DNA from: a virus | Lineage: Duplodnaviria; Heunggongvirae; Uroviricota; Caudoviricetes | Length of the DNA: 46,293 nt | IMG/VR virus record: IMGVR_UViG_2925897562_000003 | Reading direction: 5' to 3' (one strand) | Shown: positions 32,872 through 40,851 of the stretch, one piece after another | How the letters are laid out: each line of letters opens with the position of its first letter | Position numbering within the stretch: position 1 is the stretch's first letter | The notes under the pieces: generated by a model | What the model was told of the DNA's origin: nothing | The model's database searches: none | Seen by the model: only the letters and a program-made list of their open reading frames with translations | Position numbers and translations under genes: made by a program

Positions 32872-32894
32872 AAAAAAAGGGGGGTAATCCCCCC
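32872..32894 (-). terminator. Strong rho-independent terminator immediately after Q (GGGGGG-ATTA-CCCCCC then TTTTTTT on minus strand)
   Basis: Perfect 6-bp G/C stem with 4-nt loop and 7-T run, 5 nt downstream of the Q stop; the loop also holds the stop codon of the plus-strand disrupted gene. Confidence 0.6.
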
Positions 32895-32899
32895 TAATA

Positions 32900-33241
32900 T
32901 TACAACATTGAAAGCACACCATCCAGAAAACCAAGAGCTGTTTGCAACTCTTTTCTTATTGTCCCATCAGAACACTTCTGCTTCTTTGCAATAGTTCTTA
33001 GTGAGATGCCGATAACAAAATGAGCAATAACCAACTCATACTCTTCGGGCTTATATTTCCGCAATCGCGCAACACAGCTGTCAATCATGATTCCTTCATC
33101 ATCATCGCATTGTTGACGTGTTTTCTTTCCATGAGGTAGTAAACCTTTAAACCCTGCAGCAACAGGCTGCCAGTCCACACCACTGTTATCTGCTGCAGCC
33201 CATGCACCCCAGCGGTCCAATACTTCATACATATCACGCAT
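32900..33241 (-). CDS. Q: Late antiterminator Q (QuuD / phage-82 Q-like)
   Basis: LDRWGAWAA...AAGFKGL...CDDD...CVARL resembles E. coli QuuD as recalled; start taken at ATG 33241 (ORF track uses an upstream TTG at 33256). Confidence 0.7.
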   Translation of the reverse strand: MRDMYEVLDRWGAWAAADNSGVDWQPVAAGFKGLLPHGKKTRQQCDDDEGIMIDSCVARLRKYKPEEYELVIAHFVIGISLRTIAKKQKCSDGTIRKELQTALGFLDGVLSML

Positions 33242-33258
33242 CAACTTTCTCCACAAAA

Positions 33259-34254
33259 TCAGGCCAGTACGCCAATTGCCAGTGCACGATCGATAAAACG
33301 AAATATCAGCTCCAGCTGGGAGCCATACTTCTCTTCAAATGCCACGGTATCCGCATGCAGCTCGTCGTGATGCTTTCTGCACAAAGGCAACACAAAGAGG
33401 TCATGCGCTTTTGTAGCCATTCCACCCTGACCGTGACCTATCAGGTGGTGGGGATCATCAGCAGGTTTTCCACAACATGCGCACGGCTGCGTCTTAACCC
33501 ATCGCGTGTACTTTTCATTAACCCAGCGGCGACGTTTGGGGCGTAACATAAAAGACTCCGGCGACTCCGGATCCACTTTCAGCGCCAGCACCTTTTTCGC
33601 CTTATCCTGGATGATGCTGGTGGCAGGAACCGAAGGCATAAGGTCACTTTCCCGGGTAACAGACGGCACAACAGGCTTCGGTAATCTCAGTGCCTTACGG
33701 GCTGCACTTTCCGGTAAGGCATCCGCCAGATCATTACGAATCAGCCACCAGCACAGTTCCGGCATTGTCACAACGTGACTATCATCAAAACCGAGATCCC
33801 GACGCACAACAGACAACACCCAGCGGGCACTGTTATCCGTTGCCATTGATTCCAGCCGTTCCGTGAACTGATCGCGCAGCTGGTTATCGCAGTGCCAGCA
33901 CAAACGGATTGCGCCCGGAGCGTGTCGCATTGTTGTCATGTTCTCGCTGTGCCAGTCGGAATGAGGCCACTGGCAGCCTTTTTCACGAAGTAACCAGCTT
34001 TCAAGACATTCCACGCCACCAGCACGACGGATCACTGCCTCATTGCGGAACACGGCCCGAACGGCAGGATCATCCGCCAGCGGTTGTGATGCCGCCGGAA
34101 CGGCACCACTGGCGAAAGATGAATAACGTTCCGGCTCAGGCTCCAGCAAGACACGCCCCTGCATAAACAAGGGCATCAGCTCTGAACCTGGTCTGAACAA
34201 TACGATCCCCATACGCGGGGCAATTTCAGGGGTCAGTAGTGCTCTCACGGTCAC
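33259..34254 (-). CDS. DUF968-family phage protein with C-terminal HNH/zinc-finger-like motif
   Basis: C-terminal CACCGKPADDPHHL...CRKHHDELH; typical nin-region position upstream of Q. Confidence 0.55.
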   Translation of the reverse strand: MTVRALLTPEIAPRMGIVLFRPGSELMPLFMQGRVLLEPEPERYSSFASGAVPAASQPLADDPAVRAVFRNEAVIRRAGGVECLESWLLREKGCQWPHSDWHSENMTTMRHAPGAIRLCWHCDNQLRDQFTERLESMATDNSARWVLSVVRRDLGFDDSHVVTMPELCWWLIRNDLADALPESAARKALRLPKPVVPSVTRESDLMPSVPATSIIQDKAKKVLALKVDPESPESFMLRPKRRRWVNEKYTRWVKTQPCACCGKPADDPHHLIGHGQGGMATKAHDLFVLPLCRKHHDELHADTVAFEEKYGSQLELIFRFIDRALAIGVLA

Positions 34255-34255
34255 C

Positions 34256-35065
34256 TCAATGAACGGTATCGAGCAGCTTTAACAGCTCAGGGAATCGGGA
34301 TTCGAAGAAATGCGGCTGCGTCTCGCGCGGATTTGCGGGACTGGTGATGTTCTTGCCGAACATGCAGCCTTTCGCCGTCAGCGACCAGAATTTTTTGATG
34401 TTGTTAATCGCAGTGCGGCTGTATCGTTCACGTTGTTCAACGATCCCCAGCTTCGCCATCTGGTGATATGCCTGATTAGCTGTCAGGCGGATACCATGCT
34501 GCTTCAGCAGTGCGCTCAGTGACAGCGTGGGGCGGCTTGAGCCATCAGGCGCGTCAACAGGAGCATCAATGGCATAGCGCGGTGCCAGATTCGGTAAGCC
34601 AACAGCCTCCTGGAGTTTCTGACAGGCACCAAGCACTGAAGAGTTAGACAGGTTTAATTCCCGGCGCATAAAGTCCAGCAGAATCACACCAGCCTGCATC
34701 TTGTCAGCAGCCTGTCCGGATAATTTTTCCGGTGCGCTTGTTACCATGTCGAAAGTACGGATCACCTTCAGATGGAATGACGGGCTGATCCACATTGCAT
34801 AGGCATACACCAGTTCCTTGCAGACATACGTTCCCCGTTCATTTCCCCCATGAATCACACTCACCGGGTCAACACCCAAATTCTGGGTGTTGGTCAATTC
34901 ATGAACAAGCTCAACAGTTTGTTGGCTGGAAAGAAACTTTCCTGGCTCCTTGGTTCTGGCATTTGCACCAGATGCTACTGCTGCGCGATGCAGATCGTTC
35001 AGGCTGTAACGCCCATAAGCATCACGACGAACTTCAATACCATCAATGACCATCAGATTATTCAT
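34256..35065 (-). CDS. KilA-N domain protein (putative antirepressor-like)
   Basis: N-terminal VIDGIEVRRDAYGRYSLNDLHRA resembles the KilA-N/APSES domain. Confidence 0.6.
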   Translation of the reverse strand: MNNLMVIDGIEVRRDAYGRYSLNDLHRAAVASGANARTKEPGKFLSSQQTVELVHELTNTQNLGVDPVSVIHGGNERGTYVCKELVYAYAMWISPSFHLKVIRTFDMVTSAPEKLSGQAADKMQAGVILLDFMRRELNLSNSSVLGACQKLQEAVGLPNLAPRYAIDAPVDAPDGSSRPTLSLSALLKQHGIRLTANQAYHQMAKLGIVEQRERYSRTAINNIKKFWSLTAKGCMFGKNITSPANPRETQPHFFESRFPELLKLLDTVH

Positions 35066-35084
35066 ACTTCGTTTCTCCTCTTAA

Positions 35085-35474
35085 TCAGGCGGCTGCACCC
35101 GCCGGTTTCTCATACTTACTGATAGTGATCTCGACCTTCCCTTTCGGGATAACCGGTCCCCACTCCACCAGCATTCTTTTCACCTGTCTGTCGTCTTCCC
35201 ACACACCCGCGTGGGTCAGGGCGTCAAACAGCGCCTTGTTATAGTTGTCCAGATCGCGGATCCGGTTATCCGGAGGAAACAACACGATCTCCACTGAAGC
35301 AGGTGCCGACGTTGGTTTCGGCAGACGACGTAACTGCTCAACTATTGCTGCGCACGCCGCGCTCTGAAATTTTCGCCCCGCCTCGCTTATCAGGCTCTTA
35401 CCAGCAAATGCCCCTTTGTTGGGGTGTCGCCAGTACGTGTTCACACTGGGCGGGAAAGGAAGGATCAACTTCAT
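35085..35474 (-). CDS. rusA: Holliday junction resolvase RusA
   Basis: 129 aa; LPFPPSVNTYWRH...RDLDNYNKALFDALTHAGVWEDDRQV matches the RusA family. Confidence 0.85.
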   Translation of the reverse strand: MKLILPFPPSVNTYWRHPNKGAFAGKSLISEAGRKFQSAACAAIVEQLRRLPKPTSAPASVEIVLFPPDNRIRDLDNYNKALFDALTHAGVWEDDRQVKRMLVEWGPVIPKGKVEITISKYEKPAGAAA

Positions 35475-35797
35475 ACTTTCAGGCCCCTCTCATGTAACCA
35501 GTGGGCTGCACGCAACCTGGCGTTCTCCTCACCGGCAAGCAGTGCGCGGATGATACCGACCGCCTCGCTGTCGTCGTCCTTCACCGCGATATGAAGCGTT
35601 ATCCCCCGGGCCACGCCACGCTTTATCGTGATGACACCTTTTTTCTCCAGTGCGCGAAGATGCTCCACCGCTGCATTCACTGAACGATATCCCAGCATGG
35701 TTGCCACCTCCTGATTGGTTGGCGGGAAGCCTCGTTCTTTCTGGTAAGAAATCAGCATATCCAGCACCTGCTGCTGGCATTGAGTTAATGTCGTCAT
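35471..35797 (-). CDS. LexA N-terminal DNA-binding-domain homolog lacking the S24 peptidase domain
   Basis: LTQCQQQVLDMLISYQKERGFPPTNQEVATMLGYRSVNAAVEHLRALEKKGVITIKRGVARGITL aligns by eye with the LexA N-terminal domain as recalled; protein ends at 108 aa with no Ser/Lys-dyad region. Confidence 0.6.
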   Translation of the reverse strand: MTTLTQCQQQVLDMLISYQKERGFPPTNQEVATMLGYRSVNAAVEHLRALEKKGVITIKRGVARGITLHIAVKDDDSEAVGIIRALLAGEENARLRAAHWLHERGLKV

Positions 35798-36480
35798 GCC
35801 GCCATCTCCCTGACCAGTTTTTCTGCCTGCAGGCGAACCTGCGCCAGAAAGGCCTCACCACATGCCTCAAGTTCATCACGCCCGATGTAGCTGATTGCCG
35901 GTCCCTTCCAGGTCTTGTCGAAAACAGCAATAGCACCAGCGAAGAAAGCGCCTGTCGGCACCTGCTTCTCGTCCTTCGGTATAAACCAGGCAGGCAGTTC
36001 AAAACCAATACGCCCGCGAATAAAAGCAATATGATCTGCATCTTCCGGCCACCACACTTCGCTGGTGGCCGCTTTGATCAGGAAAACATAGCGCCCGCCC
36101 TTATCACGCATGGCACTGGCATGTTTCATGATGTAACGCATGCCGGTGATGTATTGCCCCTCATGCTGACTGGCGCGGCTGTATGGGGGATTACCAAAGG
36201 CAGCACCTTTAAGCTCCGCAAGACGTTCTGACCAGTCATGCGCCAGCGCGTTATCTTCCGCCGTGTAATACGCGGCACATTTGGCGTTATCACCGTCAGT
36301 AAACAGATCCAGAACAAACGGGCCAAACAGGGTGTTAATTCCCCAGAAAATGTTGTCCGGCGTGCGCCACTGATCGCCCACTTCCTTCAGTTCATGGGCT
36401 GGTTTGTTCCGCAGTTCCACCAGCGCCTGGCAATATTTATTACTCATTAAGCCCCCACGTAATTCCCTGACAGATACCAC
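35794..36480 (-). CDS. Phage-type DNA N6-adenine methyltransferase (orphan)
   Basis: NPPY motif (FGNPPYS) and overall resemblance to phage Dam-family methyltransferases; no partner nuclease. Confidence 0.75.
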   Translation of the reverse strand: MVSVRELRGGLMSNKYCQALVELRNKPAHELKEVGDQWRTPDNIFWGINTLFGPFVLDLFTDGDNAKCAAYYTAEDNALAHDWSERLAELKGAAFGNPPYSRASQHEGQYITGMRYIMKHASAMRDKGGRYVFLIKAATSEVWWPEDADHIAFIRGRIGFELPAWFIPKDEKQVPTGAFFAGAIAVFDKTWKGPAISYIGRDELEACGEAFLAQVRLQAEKLVREMAA

Positions 36481-36941
36481 TCTTCACCCGATGCAGCGCG
36501 CTTGCTGCTTTTCCGTAAGCACCGCTCACGACGCGCCAGAAAATTGTTTCGTTCTGGCTGGGAGTGGCTTTCACGGAATGCCGCCATCCACACGGTTGCA
36601 GCACGACGGTATAAGCCCCTGGACTCCAGTTCTTCAGCCTGGCGGGTCAGGCACAAAATCACCCGTGGATCGTTAGTGCCGACATAGAAATTGCGCACAG
36701 GTCTGGTTTCTCGAACTGGTTGTGGTTCCGGTTCCTGCGCTCTCTCAGTCAGGCGCGGGAAATGTCTGCGTGTATCTCCTTCACAACGGTGAGCCACACG
36801 CCCACTCTGACGTAACTTGCTTGCTGACTGCAGAACGCGCTGCCGTGAGTAACCTGCAAAAGCATCCGCAATGTCTCCGGAAGTACACCCCGGATGGGCT
36901 TCAATGAATTTCTGAACTTCATTCAAAAGACTCATGATCAC
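36447..36941 (-). CDS. Regulator with PerC/Pch-like C-terminal domain
   Basis: AEELESRGLYRRAATVWMAAF...RRERCL resembles the PerC-family signature as recalled. Confidence 0.5.
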   Translation of the reverse strand: MIMSLLNEVQKFIEAHPGCTSGDIADAFAGYSRQRVLQSASKLRQSGRVAHRCEGDTRRHFPRLTERAQEPEPQPVRETRPVRNFYVGTNDPRVILCLTRQAEELESRGLYRRAATVWMAAFRESHSQPERNNFLARRERCLRKSSKRAASGEEWYLSGNYVGA

Positions 36942-37756
36942 CCCCTGAATCCTGCCGGGATCTGGCTGTAGTCCACGTTGTCGTAACTGGCTTTGAAGTA
37001 CGGGTCCTCGCGTCTGGCTGCAGATACCGCAGGAACTTCCCAGGATTCTTCGAAATGACGATCCGGACCAAAGAACGTGACAGCCTGTTTCACAAATTGT
37101 GTGCCGCTGTTACCCATCGCAGATACCCAGCCCGCGTAGCGTTTCACACCTTCCAGCATGGTTTCGGGGTTTACTCCCTCATTCAAACGGGCTTTCCAGG
37201 CTTTGAAGGCTGCAGATTTTGAATTGCCACCAGCACGTTTGGGATATACCAGCCATGCCTGCTCAAACTCCGGAGAGTATTCCGGTCGGTTTGAACGAAC
37301 TCGCACGGACTCATCAACTGATGCACCAACAGCTATTGGTTCATTGACTGGTTCTTTGACAGGTTCAAAAGAGTGACTGGTTCTGGGTGAATCTCCTGCA
37401 CTACCCCCTGGTGCAACTCCTGCACTACCTGGTGAATTTGCTGCACCAGATAGTGAATTATTTGCACTACCCCCTAGTGAATCTCCTGCACCATCCAGAT
37501 GAAGGAGATAGATATTACTTGAGTTACCTTTTTCACCTTTCCGGGTGACTTTTTTTACCAGCCCGGACTCACAAAGGGCCGCAATATGATTCATCACAGA
37601 ACGTTTGCTAATCTCGCACTGGTCAGCAATATGCTGGTAGCTGGGCCAGCACTCACCCTGATCGCTGGCATTATCAGCCAGCTTGATCAGAACCAGTTTT
37701 CGCAATGGATTACCCACTCGAATTTTCATCGCTTTAACCATCAGCTCCATACTCAT
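36938..37756 (-). CDS. Replication initiation protein (lambda O analog; N-terminal winged HTH, Gly/Ser/Ala linker, C-terminal domain)
   Basis: HTH region LVLIKLADNASDQGECWPSYQHIADQCEISKRSVMNHIAAL; internal iteron-like DNA repeats; position downstream of cro/cII-like genes. Confidence 0.55.
   Translation of the reverse strand: MSMELMVKAMKIRVGNPLRKLVLIKLADNASDQGECWPSYQHIADQCEISKRSVMNHIAALCESGLVKKVTRKGEKGNSSNIYLLHLDGAGDSLGGSANNSLSGAANSPGSAGVAPGGSAGDSPRTSHSFEPVKEPVNEPIAVGASVDESVRVRSNRPEYSPEFEQAWLVYPKRAGGNSKSAAFKAWKARLNEGVNPETMLEGVKRYAGWVSAMGNSGTQFVKQAVTFFGPDRHFEESWEVPAVSAARREDPYFKASYDNVDYSQIPAGFRG
37386..37496. repeat. Five iteron-like direct repeats (21-24 bp, GGTGAATCTCCTGCACTACCCCCT family) inside the replication gene; putative replication origin
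   Basis: Repeats read directly: GGTGAATCTCCTGCACTACCCCCT / GGTGCAACTCCTGCACTACCT / GGTGAATTTGCTGCACCAGATA / GTGAATTATTTGCACTACCCCCTA / GTGAATCTCCTGCACCATCC, followed by an A/T-rich stretch. Confidence 0.5.
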
Positions 37757-37989
37757 GCTGCACCTCCGAGATGCTTCATGTTTTTTCCGGAGCGAAAGGC
37801 TATAAGCGGCATACTGACGCGGTAATTACGGCCCAGCGGTTCACAAACCACCTTCTGACATTCACGGTCAACCAGGCTAACACGTAGAACATGCCCTGCA
37901 GGCGTGGTGTACCACTGCCCAACTGTAGGAATTGATGTTTTTTTACGCTGAAGCAAACGGCAAATATTGAGGATCAACGGATTAAGCAT
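37753..37989 (-). CDS. Hypothetical protein (78 aa)
   Basis: ORF in operon context only. Confidence 0.3.
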   Translation of the reverse strand: MLNPLILNICRLLQRKKTSIPTVGQWYTTPAGHVLRVSLVDRECQKVVCEPLGRNYRVSMPLIAFRSGKNMKHLGGAA

Positions 37990-38818
37990 GACGATGCCCT
38001 CCGCTGATATTCAGGAGACGGTGAATATGAAAATTAGCCTTATCCGCCAAACGGATACGTTCAGCCTGCAAGTTAAGAAGGGTTTCTACCAGAACCTGAT
38101 GCGCCTGCGGATCCGAAAGAGTTACCTTGCGCAGAGCACGTAGTGCAGTTGTTACATAACTGAGTTTATGTAAGTCTTCATCATTCAGACGAGTGAGGGC
38201 TGGGACAGTAGCCATGATGGCAGCCTCCGATAACAGTGAATTACCTTCACCACCGGAAACGCCAATTTCGCTGGTGGTGAACTGAACGGGGTTGGCGTAA
38301 CCGGCGTTATCGGAAACCGGCGCACCTTTCGGTGCCCCCGTCCAGCCCACCATAATTTGGGTGTGCGCAGACGCAGACGATAAAAAAGACGCTGGCGCGT
38401 CATATATCGCCGATAACATTTCCAGGACGCCAATCCCGGCACCCGCTTTATAAGGTGCCTGAACAGTGTAACGTCCCGGAATGGCAGAATCAATGTGCTG
38501 GTGGTCCTTCACACTCAACAAAATCACGCCTGAATTTCCACAAAGGACTAAAGCACTCATGCGGGTAGTCTTTGCGAAGATAGATAACGCGCTGTGTTTC
38601 TGGCTCCCAACGAATAACATGGACATAAAGCCCTCTTCCATCACGAAACCAGCGGTTAAGTTCCTGCACAACTCGCCCCCCACAGTCAGGTAAAGTTCTC
38701 TGTGGTTACTTACAGCCAGGTGATTTGGTAATCTGCATTCATGCCGTAACAACAGGTGTTCAGCGACACTGACCACCAGCTGTTGCGACAAACGGTTATT
38801 TGCCGTTAAACTGTTCAT
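37982..38818 (-). CDS. Hypothetical early-right operon protein (278 aa)
   Basis: ORF in operon context between the cII-like and replication genes; no family recognised. Confidence 0.4.
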   Translation of the reverse strand: MNSLTANNRLSQQLVVSVAEHLLLRHECRLPNHLAVSNHRELYLTVGGELCRNLTAGFVMEEGFMSMLFVGSQKHSALSIFAKTTRMSALVLCGNSGVILLSVKDHQHIDSAIPGRYTVQAPYKAGAGIGVLEMLSAIYDAPASFLSSASAHTQIMVGWTGAPKGAPVSDNAGYANPVQFTTSEIGVSGGEGNSLLSEAAIMATVPALTRLNDEDLHKLSYVTTALRALRKVTLSDPQAHQVLVETLLNLQAERIRLADKANFHIHRLLNISGGHRHA

Positions 38819-39378
38819 GCGTTAGTTTCTCCACAGACACAAAACGCCACGACGCCCGGAGCTGCACACTCGCGGGCGTCACTCTTTTCTGGAGCGCAAA
38901 AGATTTTGTAGACCAGTGCTGCATGCTCCTGGAGCTTCGAAATTGACAGATACAACTCATCATTAATTGCTGTCTGCTCGTGTGGCTCCACTACCCCATC
39001 TTCGATTGCCGAACGAATCTGCTTTGAGTAACTCCCGATCTGTTCGATGACTTCCAGCAGGCGCTGGTTTATATCGGCGTTCTCTACTTCCTCAATTTCA
39101 GGAAGCGATACAAACACCCCACCAGCAGACTGTGCGACAGCATCCGCAATGTAGTGAGTGCCAGCCGCGCGCTGTAAAATCATTGCCCATCCCAGCGGGA
39201 AAATCTGATCGCCATCTGCACGAAGGCGGTTGAATAAAGCGTTCTCTGTTACATCCAGCCACTCAGCAGCTTCAGCGTAACCCCCCGGCAACGCCGCGAT
39301 CGTTTTTCTGACAGCTTTCACGTACCACTCAGGCTGTTTTTCTACTTTCCAGTGATGCTTACCCACGGTTAGCCTCAT
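38815..39378 (-). CDS. Putative phage regulatory protein (CII-like, CP76-type)
   Basis: 187 aa immediately downstream of cro; assignment by position and loose resemblance only. Confidence 0.4.
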   Translation of the reverse strand: MRLTVGKHHWKVEKQPEWYVKAVRKTIAALPGGYAEAAEWLDVTENALFNRLRADGDQIFPLGWAMILQRAAGTHYIADAVAQSAGGVFVSLPEIEEVENADINQRLLEVIEQIGSYSKQIRSAIEDGVVEPHEQTAINDELYLSISKLQEHAALVYKIFCAPEKSDARECAAPGVVAFCVCGETNA

Positions 39379-39409
39379 CGTTCTGTGGTTAAAAATTGAA
39401 GGTGTTCTG

Positions 39410-39610
39410 TTAATCTTTCGGATAGATATCCGGTCTTAAGTCAGATTTCGTAATTGCACCTGACGTGCATTGCTCAAGTTTTTTAGCCAGCACAAAACTG
39501 GCTTTTTTATAACCATTGAAAACCAGCCGTAAGTAGCCAGGTGTTGAGCCAACTTTTCCGGCCAACTCGCCCTGCTGTTCTTTGGTTAAAGAGTCCCAAT
39601 ACGCTTTCAT
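39410..39610 (-). CDS. cro: Cro-like HTH repressor (66 aa from MKAYWDSL)
   Basis: Small HTH protein divergent from the cI-like gene; ATG at 39608-39610. Confidence 0.7.
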   Translation of the reverse strand: MKAYWDSLTKEQQGELAGKVGSTPGYLRLVFNGYKKASFVLAKKLEQCTSGAITKSDLRPDIYPKD

Positions 39611-39700
39611 ACAATATGTACCTCCGATATACATATTACATGATTGAGATGAACCTTCAAGATACTTGTACCTTATCGGTACAAAGGTTTTAATTTCTTT
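39611..39700. promoter_or_regulatory. Divergent promoter/operator region between cro and cI, with inverted repeat TTGTACC-N5-GGTACAA (39666-39684)
   Basis: Palindromes containing GTAC cores read directly in the 90-bp intergenic region. Confidence 0.5.
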
Positions 39701-40375
39701 ATGAAAACAGTCCATGACATCCGGCGGTCTAACGCCAGAAAACTGAGAGATGGTGTTGGCGGGAATTCTTCCTTTGCCACCATGATTGATCGCGAGCCAA
39801 CCCAGACCAGCAGGTTTATGGGAGATGGTGCTACTAAAAATATCGGTGACAGCATGGCAAGGCACATCGAAAAATGTTTCGACCTGCCTGTCGGATGGCT
39901 TGATCAAGAACACCAGACCACGAACATCACAAAAAAACCTGATGTTTCAATCACTAACAAACAAATAACGTTAGTCCCTGTCATATCATGGGTACAGGCC
40001 GGAGCATGGAAAGAAGTTGGCTATTCTGAGGTTGATTTGAGCACAGCAGAAACTTATCCCTGCCCTGTACCCTGTGGCGAAATGACTTATATCTTGCGGG
40101 TGATTGGTGATTCAATGATTGATGAGTACCGCCCGGGAGACATGATTTTTGTTGATCCTGAAGTCCCTGCCTGCCACGGTGACGACGTTATTGCATTGAT
40201 GCACGATTCAGGCGAAACCACCTTCAAGCGATTGATAGAAGATGGAACACAGCGTTATCTCAAAGCATTAAACCCAAACTGGCCTGAGCCTTACATTAAG
40301 ATTAACGGTAATTGCTCTATAATTGGTACAGTGATTTTCTCGGGAAAACCAAGAAGATACACAATAAAGGCCTAA
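39701..40375 (+). CDS. cI: CI-like prophage repressor (HTH plus S24 LexA-like autopeptidase domain)
   Basis: 224 aa; C-terminal region VIGDSM...; divergent from cro. Confidence 0.85.
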   Translation: MKTVHDIRRSNARKLRDGVGGNSSFATMIDREPTQTSRFMGDGATKNIGDSMARHIEKCFDLPVGWLDQEHQTTNITKKPDVSITNKQITLVPVISWVQAGAWKEVGYSEVDLSTAETYPCPVPCGEMTYILRVIGDSMIDEYRPGDMIFVDPEVPACHGDDVIALMHDSGETTFKRLIEDGTQRYLKALNPNWPEPYIKINGNCSIIGTVIFSGKPRRYTIKA

Positions 40376-40387
40376 TCAATATTTATG

Positions 40388-40410
40388 AACCTGCTTCGGC
40401 AGGTTTTTTT
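40388..40410 (+). terminator. Rho-independent terminator after cI (AACCTGC-ttcg-GCAGGTT then TTTTTTT)
   Basis: 7-bp stem, tetraloop, T-run read directly. Confidence 0.65.
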
Positions 40411-40414
40411 ATAC

Positions 40415-40452
40415 TTGACAATGTACCCATGAGATACATAATGTATCCAAAA
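40415..40452 (+). promoter_or_regulatory. Early-left promoter candidate (TTGACA, 17 bp, ATAATG) overlapping a 15-bp perfect palindrome GATACATAATGTATC
   Basis: Consensus -35, near-consensus -10 and a perfect palindrome over the -10 read directly; downstream of the cI terminator. Confidence 0.5.
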
Positions 40453-40851
40453 GAAACATAAGGCAGGCAAGATTCAAACAAAATTTGGTTGTAACACGGC
40501 GTATGGCACATGCGTCGTTAGCGGTCTGGGGACGTTAAAGGGGACAATCCACTTCTTGCTCGGGCAAACAAACCAGGTAGCCGGAATGTGCAAGTCAATG
40601 ATGATGCAGATAAGACGCCTAACCAGCGTGGCGATTCGGTTTGACGCCTGAGAAGAGACCAGGGTGCAACGATGAGGGCATTTATGGAGCCGCGACAAAG
40701 TGTGGTGCCGTAACTGGCTAAGTGCTCTCAGCGTTGTGGTAATCCGCGAAATGGCGCGGCGGTAAGTATGGCGGGGTTACTCTTTCCCCGTTGAGGACAC
40801 CGGATTGTCAGGTTGACCATACGCCTGAGTGACAACCCCACCACAACAGCC

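Larger units (their letters stand above)
31300..32887 (+). pseudogene. Gene for a small multi-pass membrane protein, disrupted by the IS30-family insertion
   Basis: Open frame ...LRYQYLTLLAFSILALLALYLLYRNTPKVSVNFFDFY runs into the left IS end; the frame resumes in phase after the right IS end (AHKNLRGYLFSGFISVGSFLLSL... to stop 32885-32887); removing 1066, 1069 or 1072 bp restores one ORF. Confidence 0.5.
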
